A DNA stretch of 64,000 nucleotides, from assembly GCA_051294905.1 (NCBI GenBank), contig CM119371.1, forward strand, positions 22,010,001 to 22,074,000. Reading direction: 5' to 3'. Positions 49,270-61,870 of this stretch are shown in pieces (positions within the stretch are counted from its first letter, which is position 1; the number at the start of each line of letters is the position of its first letter). A program made the translations under genes and the position numbers. The DNA is from Botryllus schlosseri. Taxonomy: Eukaryota. Under the pieces are notes generated by a model, which saw only the letters and a program-made list of their open reading frames with translations, was not told the origin of the DNA and ran no database searches.

Positions 49270-50700
49270 TCTTTGCGGGCCGCGACCTGATTTGCAATTT
49301 CGTAAGAACGATTGCTAAATCCTTTTGAAATGCTGAAATTGATTTCAGTTTAACCATATTGTTGTTGTTGATCAAAATAAGTTATTCTCCTGTGCAATAT
49401 TACTATTCCTCACTAGCTGATACGGCTTCGGCGATGGTTGTACCATTCCATGGAGGAAGAATTTGCTGATATGAATGGGCAATGGTCATATTGCCTTGAT
49501 ATGCAATATCCCACCACTGGCAAGACCGACACGCTTAGAAAACAACTTCGGGCTCTCTGAAAGACCAAGCTTTACGAGGAGATCATTTTTCAGCAATTAC
49601 CGTGTCTAGTTACCCCAATATCGATGTTTTTGTACAGGGGTGACCAATCTGCAACAGTAGAAGGAAAATTATGTGGCCGTCGACACTTACTTCGATAAGA
49701 ATGTGTTGGCGGCCGTCAATATTCTAATTGAATTTATGAATTGACTCCCTAATTTACGAGGTTTGAATCATATTCATAATTTTCTTCGCGCCCTACGCGA
49801 TTCAATTCGACTTGATTTTTCATTTAAATATGGTAGGCCTACTGTCCTTTGTAATCTGAGCCCCAGTACAGATACGACCAGCGGAGGAGAATGATGCTCC
49901 CATAAAGAACTACCAATTTTTAATAGTGTTCTCTTCCTCACAGGGGAAATAATTTTCTGGTGGGCCCACGGTTGGGCAAATCCTATATTTTTCCGCTATA
50001 CCGACAATACTGATTGGTTGCCAAAAATAACGGCATGTAACAAAGGGGACTAATAACAATTGGTTCACTCAAATATGCAGCATAGCACTAATAGCTTCCC
50101 CAAATTTTCGAAGAACCCCTGCATTAACTTAACCGACGAATTTGATCACCTTGACTGAGAAAGGATAAATATTTGAAAGTAAATAAAAAAATTTTTTGCG
50201 CATTGCGTCACTAGAAAACGATTATCTGTGGCTATTCATAGCAAACATACTCACTATTTCGGTGCGCACAGTAAGCCGATATGAATAAATAGAATAGTCC
50301 GGAGTTCACAGGCAATGAACATGGATACTGGACAGTATAAAGTGGATAATTGGGCTACAGTTAGTTTATTCCGACTTTGCATTGGAATGCGGCCGTATAG
50401 GCTACATAAGTAATCGAAAGGCGGCTGTGACTAGCAAATAGGTTGGCAAAATCTGCTTTAGTTGTTGAAAAGCTTGTTAGGTATCGTGCACAGCTCATAG
50501 TTCAACATCGAGTGAAAGTGATGATCATGATTTTTTTGTTGTATTTGTATTTCTTCAATGAAATATCATTTCTTCTTTGATAGGCTAACTATGCCCGTCG
50601 CCCATGCTAGAGAGCACATAGAGTTATCAAAACAGGGCTATTAAACTATTTCAATCTCGATAATCAAGTCATGCGGCCCGCGACCCGTTTTGAGTTGGCG
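49270..50700. mobile_element. decayed copy of the 2864-3535 hAT family with a nested ~0.8-kb insertion (~49635-50455)
   Basis: Shares tgaaattgatttcagttta...ggcgatgg...ccatggagga and ttgttaggtatcgtgc.cagctca...gagttggcgac segments with 2864-3535; boundaries uncertain. Confidence 0.6.
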
Positions 50701-51501
50701 ACTGGTGCATCAACAGGTAGAGCGTCCACATGAAACAACCAAACTATGTGAACATGTTTTCATGGATTTTTTGCCGGCCAGCAAACTGTTTAACTTGCAA
50801 GCTTTCATCAGTGCGATTTCAGCATAAGAGGAAAGAAACAATAGAACGACAACCATAAAATGCGTGCAAAACGCTCAGCACCCTCATTCTGTGGCCGTCT
50901 AATGAGATTTAAATGGCAAATACGGTTAAGCACATCAATGAAACACCGATCCAGGGGATGAAATACAAGACGACACTAGCACAAACTTACGCACAAACAG
51001 TCGAATACCACGGACATGCGAACTACATACCGCAATATAATCAGCAATCAGCAAACAAATCGGCTTTGCACTGTTATGGCTAGAATAGGACAACGTCAGT
51101 TGGTTTGAGGGCACTACGAATTGACAACTAGGTCTATTATCGATACATTTCTAGATGGGGTCCACTGATATTTAAGATTGCAATCACGAGACCATTTGTC
51201 AAGCAGACAAAAAGTGCAAAATGTAATGACATAAGGCTAAAATATTGCAGGACCTCGGAAGATTATTTGAAAACCCTAGACCAGACATTCTCTACTGCGG
51301 GTCCGCGTTACCTCCAAATTTGCAACATAATTGATAGCCTATATAATTTTTATTTTTTTAAACTAGAAGAAGCACTTCATAACTGCTAAAACTTCGGAAC
51401 TCGCAAAAGCAGAATTGGTGTCTGAGCTGACATATTCTATGTTGCAAGCTCATTTTAATTGCCAAATCGCCAATAGCCAACTGATACAAACATATTTAAC
51501 T

Positions 51502-51800
51502 GACAAGATAGCGTAATGGTTAAGCGTCCGGCTTCTTGATCGGTAGGTCGTGGGTTCGATTCCCGGCCGGGTCAGACCAAAGACCTGATTAGTAACACTG
51601 GTATCCATGGCTTCCCTGCTTGGCGCTCATGCATTACTGGGATAACGTGGAGGGGTGGTGCATGACTTAGAAAGTCGTAAAGGCTATATCTGCACTTCCT
51701 TGTCCAGCGGCATATGCACATCATGCACTCATGGTATGCATATGCGCAGATCGTGTGTATGTGTATCATGAGTCGGTGTATATTCCGCAAAAATATCAAG
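51502..51800 (+). mobile_element. tRNA-derived SINE
   Basis: Pol III A box (TAGCGTAATGG, 51509) and B box (GGTTCGATTCC, 51553), then a non-tRNA body GGGTCAGACCAAAGAC...CCCTGCTTGGCGCTCA; second copy at 34754. Confidence 0.8.
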
Positions 51801-52665
51801 GACAAAAATAGACAACGTCCTTTCCTTGCTGTATCGAATGTTTTGTTTGGCTTTTGTAAATAATTCTTTGCAAAAAGACATTTTTTCCGGTGATATACAT
51901 AACAGCTATTTCAAACATATTATTACATTCGTCACCACCTCTCTTTGTAGAATGGATTTTCGGCACTCGTTCATATCAAATCGAAAGCGCGAATTTCCAA
52001 AACACAGCCACGTATCATAAGAATTGCAGCTACATGAGTAACGTTGGAATAATAAAAGTTTTCCCTATTTCTACATAAATAATATGATGTCAGTTTCAAG
52101 AAAGGTCATTTTGTTGCTATTTAGCACTAGCCTACAGCTAATATTTTCTCTTGTAGTAGTAGTAGACAGCAGAGTTGGATCAATTACAATTATTTCAGTT
52201 CAATTACATTACAATTACAATTACTTTCATGAATGTTTCAATTACATTACAATTACAATTACTTCATGCTAAAAATATCAAATTACAATTACAATTACAA
52301 TTACTCCTTGCATGCTTCAATTACATTACAATTACAATTACAATTGCTGCTGTTGAACATGTAATTGAATAATCATAAATTCAACCGTGCTCCTTGACAA
52401 CCGTAGCGTCGTATTTAACAACAATTCAAGCCTAGTTCAGATTGTGTGGTAATAAATGCGTTTATGTGCGTACATAGTATGCTATGTGAGATGTCAGTGT
52501 GACGTAATATAAGCGTGTTTTGTATGCTTGGTAATTATGGCTCACGTAATTGGAAATGTAAAATGTTATTTACCTAATTTCCTATGGGTTAGGATTAAGG
52601 ATAGGGTGCAGTATGTCGTTGAAAAAGTATTATAACATATGCACGTGTTGGATTTGCGTATATAG

Positions 52666-53601
52666 CAGTGGTCGGGAACCTTTTTTGTCCGAAGAGCCAT
52701 ATTGACCCTATTTTTTCCATCTCAACTCCCAAAGAGCCATACATTCCAATCAACTGTTACGTCACAATTGAAAAGTCGTGACGTCATGGTAGTACTAATG
52801 CGAGCTCACTACATGGGATTCCTCGTATGCGCAATAATTTCTCTGTAAAAACTGTTATTTTTTGTTCGAAAATAAAGCTCGAAACGAGAGGTAAGGCACA
52901 GACGGGCCAAGTATCACCATTGATAACACAATTCATCGTAAGTAGCATAGAAATTATTATAACTGATATTAATCGAATGTGACTGTCACACTGATTCCGA
53001 AAATCTAAATACGTACCGATTTCCCAATTCTCAAAGTATTCGGCGGTAACATAACGTTGCGCTACACGCCTACATTTTATCGCCGGTACTACACAGAGCT
53101 ACTTACCAATCGAGAACGTGGATAGCTATGACGTTGTTTGTAATTCGAGTTTGTAATTGTCACATCCACAACCGTTCATTTCGCGCCATAGATCAATGAA
53201 TCAATTAAGTCAATGCGTATTTGAAAACTGCGTATTGAAATGGGCGTCGCCATGTCTGCTATATGCTCTTTGATTAATCAACGTATCGCACAATTCAAGA
53301 TTTCGAGTCGGGTACATAGAATTCGCGAGTGATATTGGCCGCCGGCGTCACAGTAACTAAAATTTGATGATTTTTAAAATAGGGGGTTTTAGCCCCTAAA
53401 CCTGAAGAAAACATTGTCTTTGACTCCCAAAAACATGTTTATATTGCCACGAGAATAATTATTCTGGCCGAGATGAAGATTTTCCAACCAGTCGCTGCAA
53501 TATTGATCAATTCGGTACAAAAATAAGTATTTGGCAAAGAGCCATATCTTATACCCAAAAGAGCCATGTATGGCTCGCCAGCCATAGGTTCCCGACCACT
53601 G
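52666..53601. mobile_element. hAT MITE nested in 52170-54681
   Basis: 16-bp perfect TIR CAGTGGTCGGGAACCT; perfect TSD GTATATAG at 52658-52665 and 53602-53609. Confidence 0.92.
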
Positions 53602-53774
53602 GTATATAGTATATAATTAAAGAAATAATATTATTTTTATCGAGGGACGTAGGAATTAGGATGAGGAGTGAAAAAAAACCGTGCTTTGTCAGATAAGACG
53701 TTATAAAATATCCAGTGGTCTGGTTAGTTAGCCAAACGAAATAACGATGCAGCATCGTGATCTGAAATCGTATT

Positions 53775-54340
53775 GTAGATTGCCAACCCACGGATAGATG
53801 CCCAAGATGTGAGTCACGGATGAATGCACCGACAAACGTACTGCAGAGCCGGCTAAAAGCAGCAAACTTTGTGGTCCTAAAGCTGGCGATCCATGCGTCC
53901 AAATTTGATGCATTTGTTCTTTATCGTAAGTTATCGATATACTAATTCCGAAAATACAAAATAAAATCTCGTCAGGGCAATATAACTGCTCCAAAATAGC
54001 CGTTTAAGGCCGACTGTTCTGAAAAGTGAGAGCGCTGCAGCAGCATGACAACAAGAATTACCAATTACGCCTAGCGATTGTTCAGAACAATGCCGATTCC
54101 CAGACTTTCACGACTATTTTGGGATGGTACCATTGCCTGGAAATATACTTTTATTGCGGAATCAGTGCGACACTAGCTTTCGATTAGGACCATACATATC
54201 AAATTTCGACGCTTGGATCGCCAGCTATGGGAATATCAATTCTGCTGCTTTTAGCCGGCTCAACAGTTCGCTTCTCGGCGTATTCAATCGTGAGTCACGT
54301 GTTGCGAATACATCCGTTGGTTAGGTTAGTAATCTAAAAA
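53775..54340. repeat. diverged long inverted repeat (~230-bp arms, ~100-bp spacer)
   Basis: 53775-54005 is the reverse complement of ~54105-54340 (e.g. gccggctaaaagcagca / tgctgcttttagccggc; gctggcgatcca / tggatcgccagc). Confidence 0.75.
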
Positions 54341-55267
54341 TTGTATACAATGGCAGCCTAGGCCAGCATAGCGGTAAAAATAGAAAAAAACTTCGCCCGC
54401 AAGGGCGCAGTCAAGGGCTTCCGCGAATGGATCCACCAAATTCCTTGTCGACATTTAAACAGAATGCATTATAAGTCAATTATTTTATATGTGCTTGTCA
54501 GGTCTCAATAGCAATTTAATGTAATTGAAATTGTAATTGAGCAAAATTTTTGTCAAATTACAATTACAATTACAATTACACAAAATAAAAAAGCTTCAAT
54601 TACAATTACATTACAATTACATTGAAAAATGTAATTAATTACATTCAATTACAATTACAAATTACAATTGATCCAACTCTGGTAGACAGTTGTACGATAG
54701 AGCTGAATTTGTAATAAAACATGGCGAGGGGTCGGTGACAGTTCGAAGGGGGTATGCAAAGACAAATAGTTCGAGAACCACACTGTCCTAGACGGCTTAG
54801 ACAGTCTGGGGCTTGTTTCTTGGCTAATGAATTACCGTTATTTTCCATGTACAATCCGCAAAATTTTCAAGATATTTTGTCCCCGATAGCTTTCAGCCAT
54901 CGTGCCGAGTAATTCGTCATATCTGTGTAACGCGCTACAAATTAGTGAAAAGCGTGTTGTCAATTAACGAGAGTCGTCTGCACAGAACGCAACCTCCTGC
55001 TGAGTTGGTTTGACGTTTGCACGCGAGCGAAATTATCGCTAATTCATCGACAGGCCATGTGTGCAAAATATAGTCGCTTGCGTAATCAGTCGCACCTCCA
55101 GCAGGCGTGGTGTGCACGACATACCCGTTGTCCGTCGCAATCGCATCTGACCCCGTGCGCAAGATGTCGCGTCACCAGCCTCGCAGGCTTTGATTGCTAT
55201 CTACTATCGTAGAGAGCAGTGGTTCTCAACCTTTTTCTAGACACGCTCCCTTTTTGATAGTGAAAAA

Positions 55268-55590
55268 TTAGTAGTGAAGGTGAGCAGTATGTGTATCCGC
55301 ATGTCTTTTCGAGTGACTGATCAGATTATCCTCTTTGGTAATGAGCTTGCATTCATGATTTTTAAAATCAGGGTCAGATAGTATATGTTTTTTCAGTGTA
55401 GCGATTGCAGCAATGGCTTTTCCGCAGATCTCACATTCGGTATTTCTATCTACAACGTGGAATCGCAAGTGAGCTTTCAATCCGTCAGGACGATGGAAGC
55501 CCTTTTCACACATCGAGCAGATCATCTTCGTCAGTTTTCAGGATTCAGGATGGAAGCTCTTTCCACGGATCCAGCACATCTTCTTTGTCA
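55268..55590 (-). pseudogene. ZF remnant subfamily A
   Basis: CSMCEKGFHRPDGLKAHLRFH...CEICGKAIAAIATLKKHILSD, with a small duplication of the first finger; truncated at a hAT end (cagtggttctcaacct, 55217); acceptor near 55731. Confidence 0.85.
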
Positions 55591-56574
55591 TTCTTCTAGA
55601 TTATCTGCACATTACTTTACTTCTTCAAGCATATCACAGCAACCGTTCTCAGCTTGAAAACGAGTATTCAACGATAGCTTGGAATGAGCTATAACATAGT
55701 ATTATAGTTCTTATATTATAGCAACCCAGTCTGAAATACAGAAGAAATTAGCAATAACGAAGCAGATCATGAATAAAAAGATCCAAGAATAACAAACATA
55801 TGACTTCAACTTGAAAAGAAATTGATACTGATATGCGCAAATTGCTAATGACCAGAGAATATGCTAAAATGGATATCACTGGTCATCACATATTTTGGTG
55901 TCAAGAAAGTTTCAATTGATTTAGCGTAATTGCATGTTGCTGAATCGAAAAAGGAATTCCGAATTGGCTCAATTTTTTGAGATATTCTATATTTTATTAA
56001 AAAAAAACTGCTAAATATACCGAATTTTGACGAAGGTGAATTTTTTTTTCAACAACTTTGACGAATCTATATCTGTCTTCAAGCATGTGTATACCGTATT
56101 CTTCTAGTTCTGAAGCGATATAGTTTAACACGCAATCGGTAACACAGATATCCTTGTAAATGGGAATCATGTTTCACGTGAAGATCAAGCAAAAACTAGG
56201 CGATATTAGCAGTAAACAAACACAGCTGACGTCAAAGCACAAGCACTACTTTTTGTAACCCTCGAAGTACATTTAGTAAGGTGTCAAAAAAAAGAACCTT
56301 ACACAGTTATTGAACTACGATATAGCTTTAAAATGATATATTGATGTCATGTGATAACTGTAGGGAGTACTCGACATTGTAGATATGATTAACAATACAA
56401 AGAAACTGCATCTTATCAGAATATTGCTTATACTTTTATCCTACGATCGCCTGATTTACTGTATGATGCTGTACAGTTTGTAGAAAGCTGAGGAAATCAC
56501 TCATAGCGGTAGAGATATAGAGAACAGAAAACAGAGAACAGAAAATATTGGGTATAGGCTGCAGCTCAATATCT

Positions 56575-56714
56575 TGTGCAGTCATTGCAGTGAAGGCTTT
56601 CCCACAGATATCACATTCATCTTTTCTCTCTTCGTTGTGGAATTGCAGGTGAGTTTCAATTTCGCCAGGACCATTGACGCATTTCCTACAGATCCAACAA
56701 GTCTTTTTAGGCAT
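56575..56714 (-). pseudogene. ZF remnant subfamily T (finger 1 and half of finger 2)
   Basis: MPKKTCWICRKCVNGPGEIETHLQFHNEERKDECDICGKAFTAMTA then unrelated sequence; paralog of 35005-35201. Confidence 0.85.
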
Positions 56715-57869
56715 TCTTCCAGGTTACATGTAATACACTCCTTCAAGCATTATACATCAACAGTTCTTTGCCCAATAACGAATATTGTCTTCTTGCATGA
56801 CATAGTATATTGCATAGTATCGTACTTGTTATTTTAGTACATCAGTCTAAAATGCAATATCATAACAGAAAAATTGATCAATGATGAATCCGTTTGACGA
56901 TGAATAAAATACAATAAATTCCAGAACCATCAACATATGATATATTGATAGACGTCACTTTCAATGCACCCCTCACAAGTTATGAGCCTTAGTTGCCGAA
57001 AACAACTTGACTAAATATTTAAATGGAATGCATAAGATGACAGTATAATTGTACTATTGCCAGATATACCAAAGCTTTAACAGGTAGAGCGTCAACATGA
57101 AACAACGATACTATGTGAACATGTTATCATCGATTCTTGAAGCACAGCAAACTGTTTAATCTGCAAGTCTTAGCAGTGCGATCTCAGCATAAGAGGAGAG
57201 GAAAAAAACAAGAGAAGAAAAACCATAAAACGCTTGCAAAACGCCCAGTGGAATCATTCTGTGCCCGTCTAATGAAATTAAAATGGCAAATACGGTCAAG
57301 CATACCATTGAAACACCGAACTACAGGGATGAAATACAAATCGAAACACAAGACGATACCATCACATATAAGAGCCACCGTGACATTAAAGGTCAAATCC
57401 CCTGCAATAACACCAACAGCAAATGACCTAAAATAAACTTATGCACAAACAGTTGAATACCACATACTACATACCATGCTATAAACAGCAATCTAAATCG
57501 TCGACACACTGGCCTGCAAACAAATCAGCAAGGCACTGTTATGGGTAGAATAGGCCAAAGTCAGAGGGTTTGAGGGCACAACGAGGGCACAATACAAATA
57601 CAGCAAAAATCATGATGATCAATTTCATTTGGGCCATTGGATTTTCCCTCGATGATAAGCTGTTGCCAATACTTGCCATCGCTAAAGCCGTTTCGGTTAG
57701 TGAGGAATAGTAATGTTGGGCACAGGAAAAAAGTTTATTTTGAAACAAAAACAACAATATGTTGAAACTGTAAACAATTTCAGCATTTCAAAATGCTTTT
57801 CTTAGCATTCTTCCGAAATCACAAATCAAGTCGTGGGCCGTAGAATATAACCTGGCGGGCCACATTTTG

Positions 57870-58523
57870 GAGACCTGGTCTATTAAATGTACCCTTGCAA
57901 TTAAACGTTTTACCGCAGATCTTGCATGCAAAGTCTTTCACAGTTTGACTGCAGTGTGATTAATCATTATATGATGCTAACTTTGCCATTCTGACAACGG
58001 ACTTCCCACAGATCTCTCAAGCGTATTTTTTTTTGGCTCCAATGGTCTTTCAGTAGGCCGAGAGGAGTAAACGCTTTGCCACAGTTCACACGGTCATGAT
58101 TTTTGAAACCACTGTGTGTTATTAGATGAGTTTTCAATGAAGAGTTCGCAGTGAAAGCTACACTATATACCTCACATTTACAGTTTTCAACTCTGTATTC
58201 GTACTCGTACTTGTGTATTCGTATTACTTTTAATTGGCTAATCTGTGTAAACACTTTGCAACAGATCCCACACTCAGTTTTTGAGTCCGGTGTTTACTAG
58301 AATATGATGCTCTATGTTTGTCTTTGAAGCGAAAGACATTCCACATATTCCACATTCATGGTTCTTGAAACCGGTGTGGATCATGAGATGTACCTTTGTA
58401 GCGAAGGACTTAACACACATCTCAGATTCACAGTTTTTCACTCCAGTGTATATTCTCATGTTGTTTCAAGTCACTCTTCGCAGTGAACACTTTCTCACAG
58501 ATCAAACATTCATAATTTCTTAC
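57870..58523 (-). pseudogene. degenerate finger tail of the 58524-59696 gene
   Basis: Frameshifted finger module sharing lesions with 39850-40540. Confidence 0.85.
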
Positions 58524-59696
58524 TCAAGTATGTCTATTCATATGTCTCTTCAAGTGATGAAGCCGACTAAACGCTTTCCCGCAGGCCTCACATCCATAGT
58601 TCTTAACTTCAATGTGAATATCAAGGTGGGCAGCTAAAGATTGCTTCGTAAGACCGGACTTCCCGCAGATCTCACATGCGTAGTTTCTAGCTCTAAGATG
58701 TGTGTTCCAATGGTTTTTCAACATGTCGACAGAAGTAAACGCTTTGCCACAGATCATACAGTCATAATTTTTGAAATCACTGTGGGTTAAAAAATGTGTT
58801 TTCAATGAAGACTTCACAGTAAATGCTTTACCACACACTTCACATTTATAGTTACTGACTCCGTCATGTGTATTCGTGTGAGTTTTCAATTGGCCAATCT
58901 CTGTAAACACTTTGCCACAGATCCCGCACTCATAGTTTTTTACTCCAGTGTGAACTCGCATGTGACGCTCTAAATTCGTCCTTGAAGTTAACGACTTACC
59001 ACATATTTCACATTCATGATTCTTGAAACCAGTGTGGATCATCATGTGTGTCTTTAATGAATGCTTCTCAGTTAAGGTTTTACCACAGATCTCACAATCA
59101 TGACTTTTGCTTCCTGTATGTGTATTCTGATGTTTTTTCAAGTCACTCATCCTCATAAAAGTCTTACCACATATCCAACATTCATAGTTTTTTATTCCAG
59201 TATGTATATACATATGCTGTTTCAAGTTGGTGATCCGACTGAAGGCTGTACCACAGATCTCACATTCGCAACTTCTGATACTGTGAATATGAATGTGTTT
59301 TGCCAAATATTGCTTTGTAGCAAAAGACTTTCCACACATGCCACATTCATAGTTTTTCACTGCAGTGTGTGTATTCGCATGTCTCGTCAATGCTGCATTG
59401 TCAGAGAATGATTTTGCACAGATATCACATTTGTGGTTTCTGACTCCAATGTGAATATGAATGTGTCTTGCTAAGTGCGGCTTAGTAGCAAATGACTTCC
59501 CACAGGTCTCACATTCGTGGAATTCGACACTGGTATGTCTGTAAACATGTCTTTTCAAGCCAACAATTGAAGTGAATGCTTTTCCACAGATTTCACATTC
59601 GGCTTTTTTCTCATCAATGTGGAATCGCAGGTGGCTTTTCATTCCACCATAACGATCAAAGATTCGTCCACAGATCGAACATTGGATTTTTCTCAT
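58524..59696 (-). CDS. tandem C2H2 zinc-finger protein, subfamily R, 390 aa from the first ATG, 14 fingers
   Basis: Open frame MRKIQCSICGRIFDRYGGMKSHLRFH...; the ORF-track start at 59735 is a GTG preceded by an in-frame TGA; acceptor (ttgcag) at 59831-59830. Confidence 0.9.
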   Translation of the reverse strand: MRKIQCSICGRIFDRYGGMKSHLRFHIDEKKAECEICGKAFTSIVGLKRHVYRHTSVEFHECETCGKSFATKPHLARHIHIHIGVRNHKCDICAKSFSDNAALTRHANTHTAVKNYECGMCGKSFATKQYLAKHIHIHSIRSCECEICGTAFSRITNLKQHMYIHTGIKNYECWICGKTFMRMSDLKKHQNTHTGSKSHDCEICGKTLTEKHSLKTHMMIHTGFKNHECEICGKSLTSRTNLERHMRVHTGVKNYECGICGKVFTEIGQLKTHTNTHDGVSNYKCEVCGKAFTVKSSLKTHFLTHSDFKNYDCMICGKAFTSVDMLKNHWNTHLRARNYACEICGKSGLTKQSLAAHLDIHIEVKNYGCEACGKAFSRLHHLKRHMNRHT

Positions 59697-60349
59697 TCTT
59701 CCAGCATATGTGGAAATTAATTCTTCAAGCCTCACACCTCAATGGTTCTTTTTTCGTCGATTTCCAACACTTGTATGGACAATGCCGTGCTACTGTGCAG
59801 TATTTGAATTGTTATCATAGAATAGCAATCTGCAAAGCAATGTGAGAACAAATAAAATGTTGACCGATCAGTTCGAAAAAAAAAAATCATCATTCCAAAA
59901 TAATAAAAAGGATAATCAATATCATTGTCGTTGAACATATTTCAGCATCGTAATGATCAGTAACCAGATAATTAGGATATTGACCGCTACGGATGTTCAA
60001 CACATATTTTGAACATCGTGATTCCCATGTCTCATATTTGCCTAGGACAGGCGTTGGGAACATGCATATCATGGTATGTAATCACATGTCATATCTAGTA
60101 ATTGTACATTTTGACTCAAGTCACTGGATTTTCTGAGGTGACTCGAATTATTGAAGTAGCCGACAAGGCATTGTAATTTGCAAAATTATTGAAGTACTAA
60201 TTGAGTCAGCATTCATTCATAACACCGGTCAACACAATTTTTGTTGGCCTTTATCGACACCTTTTTTCCTGACTTTTCGGCGCTGAATTAAAAAATGACC
60301 AGTGACCACATTGTCTCAAAAATCCAATATAATAGTACTACTTTTAATA

Positions 60350-61870
60350 TTTTGTGTTTATTGTATAAAACGTTTCAAATCCACAAGCAGCCGAAAGTAA
60401 ATCAATTGACTTCAAATAAACATTTTCACTGCTTTATTTGGTCGATTTAAACTGATATTGCTTCTGCAGGTCAAATAAAGTGCGAGCTTCAGGGTCCAAA
60501 TTTATGCCAAAAACTCATATTTCTGTCAATCTGTGGGTTGTCTCGTATGATACTGGAGCAATAGTCTGCTAACATGTGAAAGCTCCAATCTACTCTTGTA
60601 TCGTACCTCTAACCTCTTTAGATATTATGTTACACTTTCTCCTTGCTGACTATGCCAAGGTTTTCCAGTAAATTATTTCGATACTTTAGCTTTTTTTAAT
60701 GTCTCCAGTACGACATAAACATATGGAAGTGGACATCAGGGTTACATGTGCATCCTCATTACCTGGCCACTAAGATACACAATATTTCCAAGGTGACAAA
60801 TATGATCCGATCGTGCTTGTGATATTGCAACAATTCAACCTTTCTTTATTATTCACAAAGACTGAGTGTGAAATTTTCACTACACTTAAGAAGTTGCTAA
60901 TTTGGAGAATGTTTCACTTTAGGGTCCTTTTTGAGCGACCAACAGACATTTTCCATTTACTCGAGTTGTAAATCAGGATTCCTAACTCCTCCAGCAACCT
61001 ACGGTAACAGTATCATGCCAAACCCACTATCACAGCTATTCACATAGCTATCGAAAGTAGCCCTACGATGAAAACGTCGTTTCTCATGATCGAAAGTGAG
61101 ATATCCTCTCAATTATCAACCATGATAAAAGTTCCGAATATTTTGATTTCAAGTCCCAAAGCCTACGTAGGATCATTTAATTTGTGTCGATGGACTTACT
61201 TTACGATCTGAATCACCTTCGATTTCAAAATCTTCATCATTAGGCCTGCTATCCCTATGACCTTCATCTTGATTCAAATTATGTAGCGATAGGAGTTTAA
61301 AGTTACACCAGATAAGCTGAATGGGGCATTTGAATAATAGCTGTTAGTAAACGTAATATTTATTTATTTTTGCCATATCCTGCAGATTCATCAAACATGT
61401 GTCTGAAATATCCTCGGATGATTACGTCCTCCAACCAAAAATGGATGAAAGCATCAGCCTAGATCGATACGAGTACTTTAAACTGAGAGACGAGTACCTT
61501 CTTAATAATTCAATTAGGCCCTTAGCTATATAACTTATCATATGATAAAATTGTGGATTTCTATACGGTATGGAAAAGTGATATGGAAAAATTCATGAAA
61601 ATTTACATATTTTCAGCATATGACATAGCAAAAAATCTTGACGTAATAGAAGGAAACCAGCGGAACATTTGGAACCAGAAGCCAAAATTAGCCTAAATCA
61701 AGTGAAAAATCAAAGTCAACAATTCTTTGTTCGGAAATGACGCTTGTGTAACTAAGTTGGTTACAGTATTTTTATTTGTAGCAATTGCACTGTTGAACTA
61801 CTAATTTGCTTCTGAGACAAATACGGTCGAGCATGGCTCATTTTGGAAATCTGTTGGATTATCTCTAGTC
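60350..61870 (-). pseudogene. second copy of the possible TLR-like relic
   Basis: Paralog of 43440-45160; TM-like VFIVGLLSIAM*IAVIVGLA*YCYRR. Confidence 0.35.

Larger units (their letters stand above)
52170..54681. mobile_element. non-autonomous hAT element with (ATTACA)n subterminal arrays
   Basis: 16-bp perfect TIR CAGAGTTGGATCAATT / AATTGATCCAACTCTG; perfect TSD GTAGACAG at 52162-52169 and 54682-54689. Confidence 0.92.

Noticed and set aside
51502-51575. Functional tRNA gene
   Set aside because: Has A/B boxes but I could not fold a convincing cloverleaf; it continues into a ~250-bp body repeated at 34754, as expected for a SINE
52184-52370. (ATTACA)n as telomeric or interstitial telomere repeat
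   Set aside because: Confined between perfect TIRs and an 8-bp TSD of a hAT element; not a known telomere unit
13450-59696. PRDM9-like or KRAB-ZFP identity
   Set aside because: No PR/SET, KRAB or SSXRD sequence seen; in-frame stops precede the ATGs; fingers are not homogenised to PRDM9-like near identity
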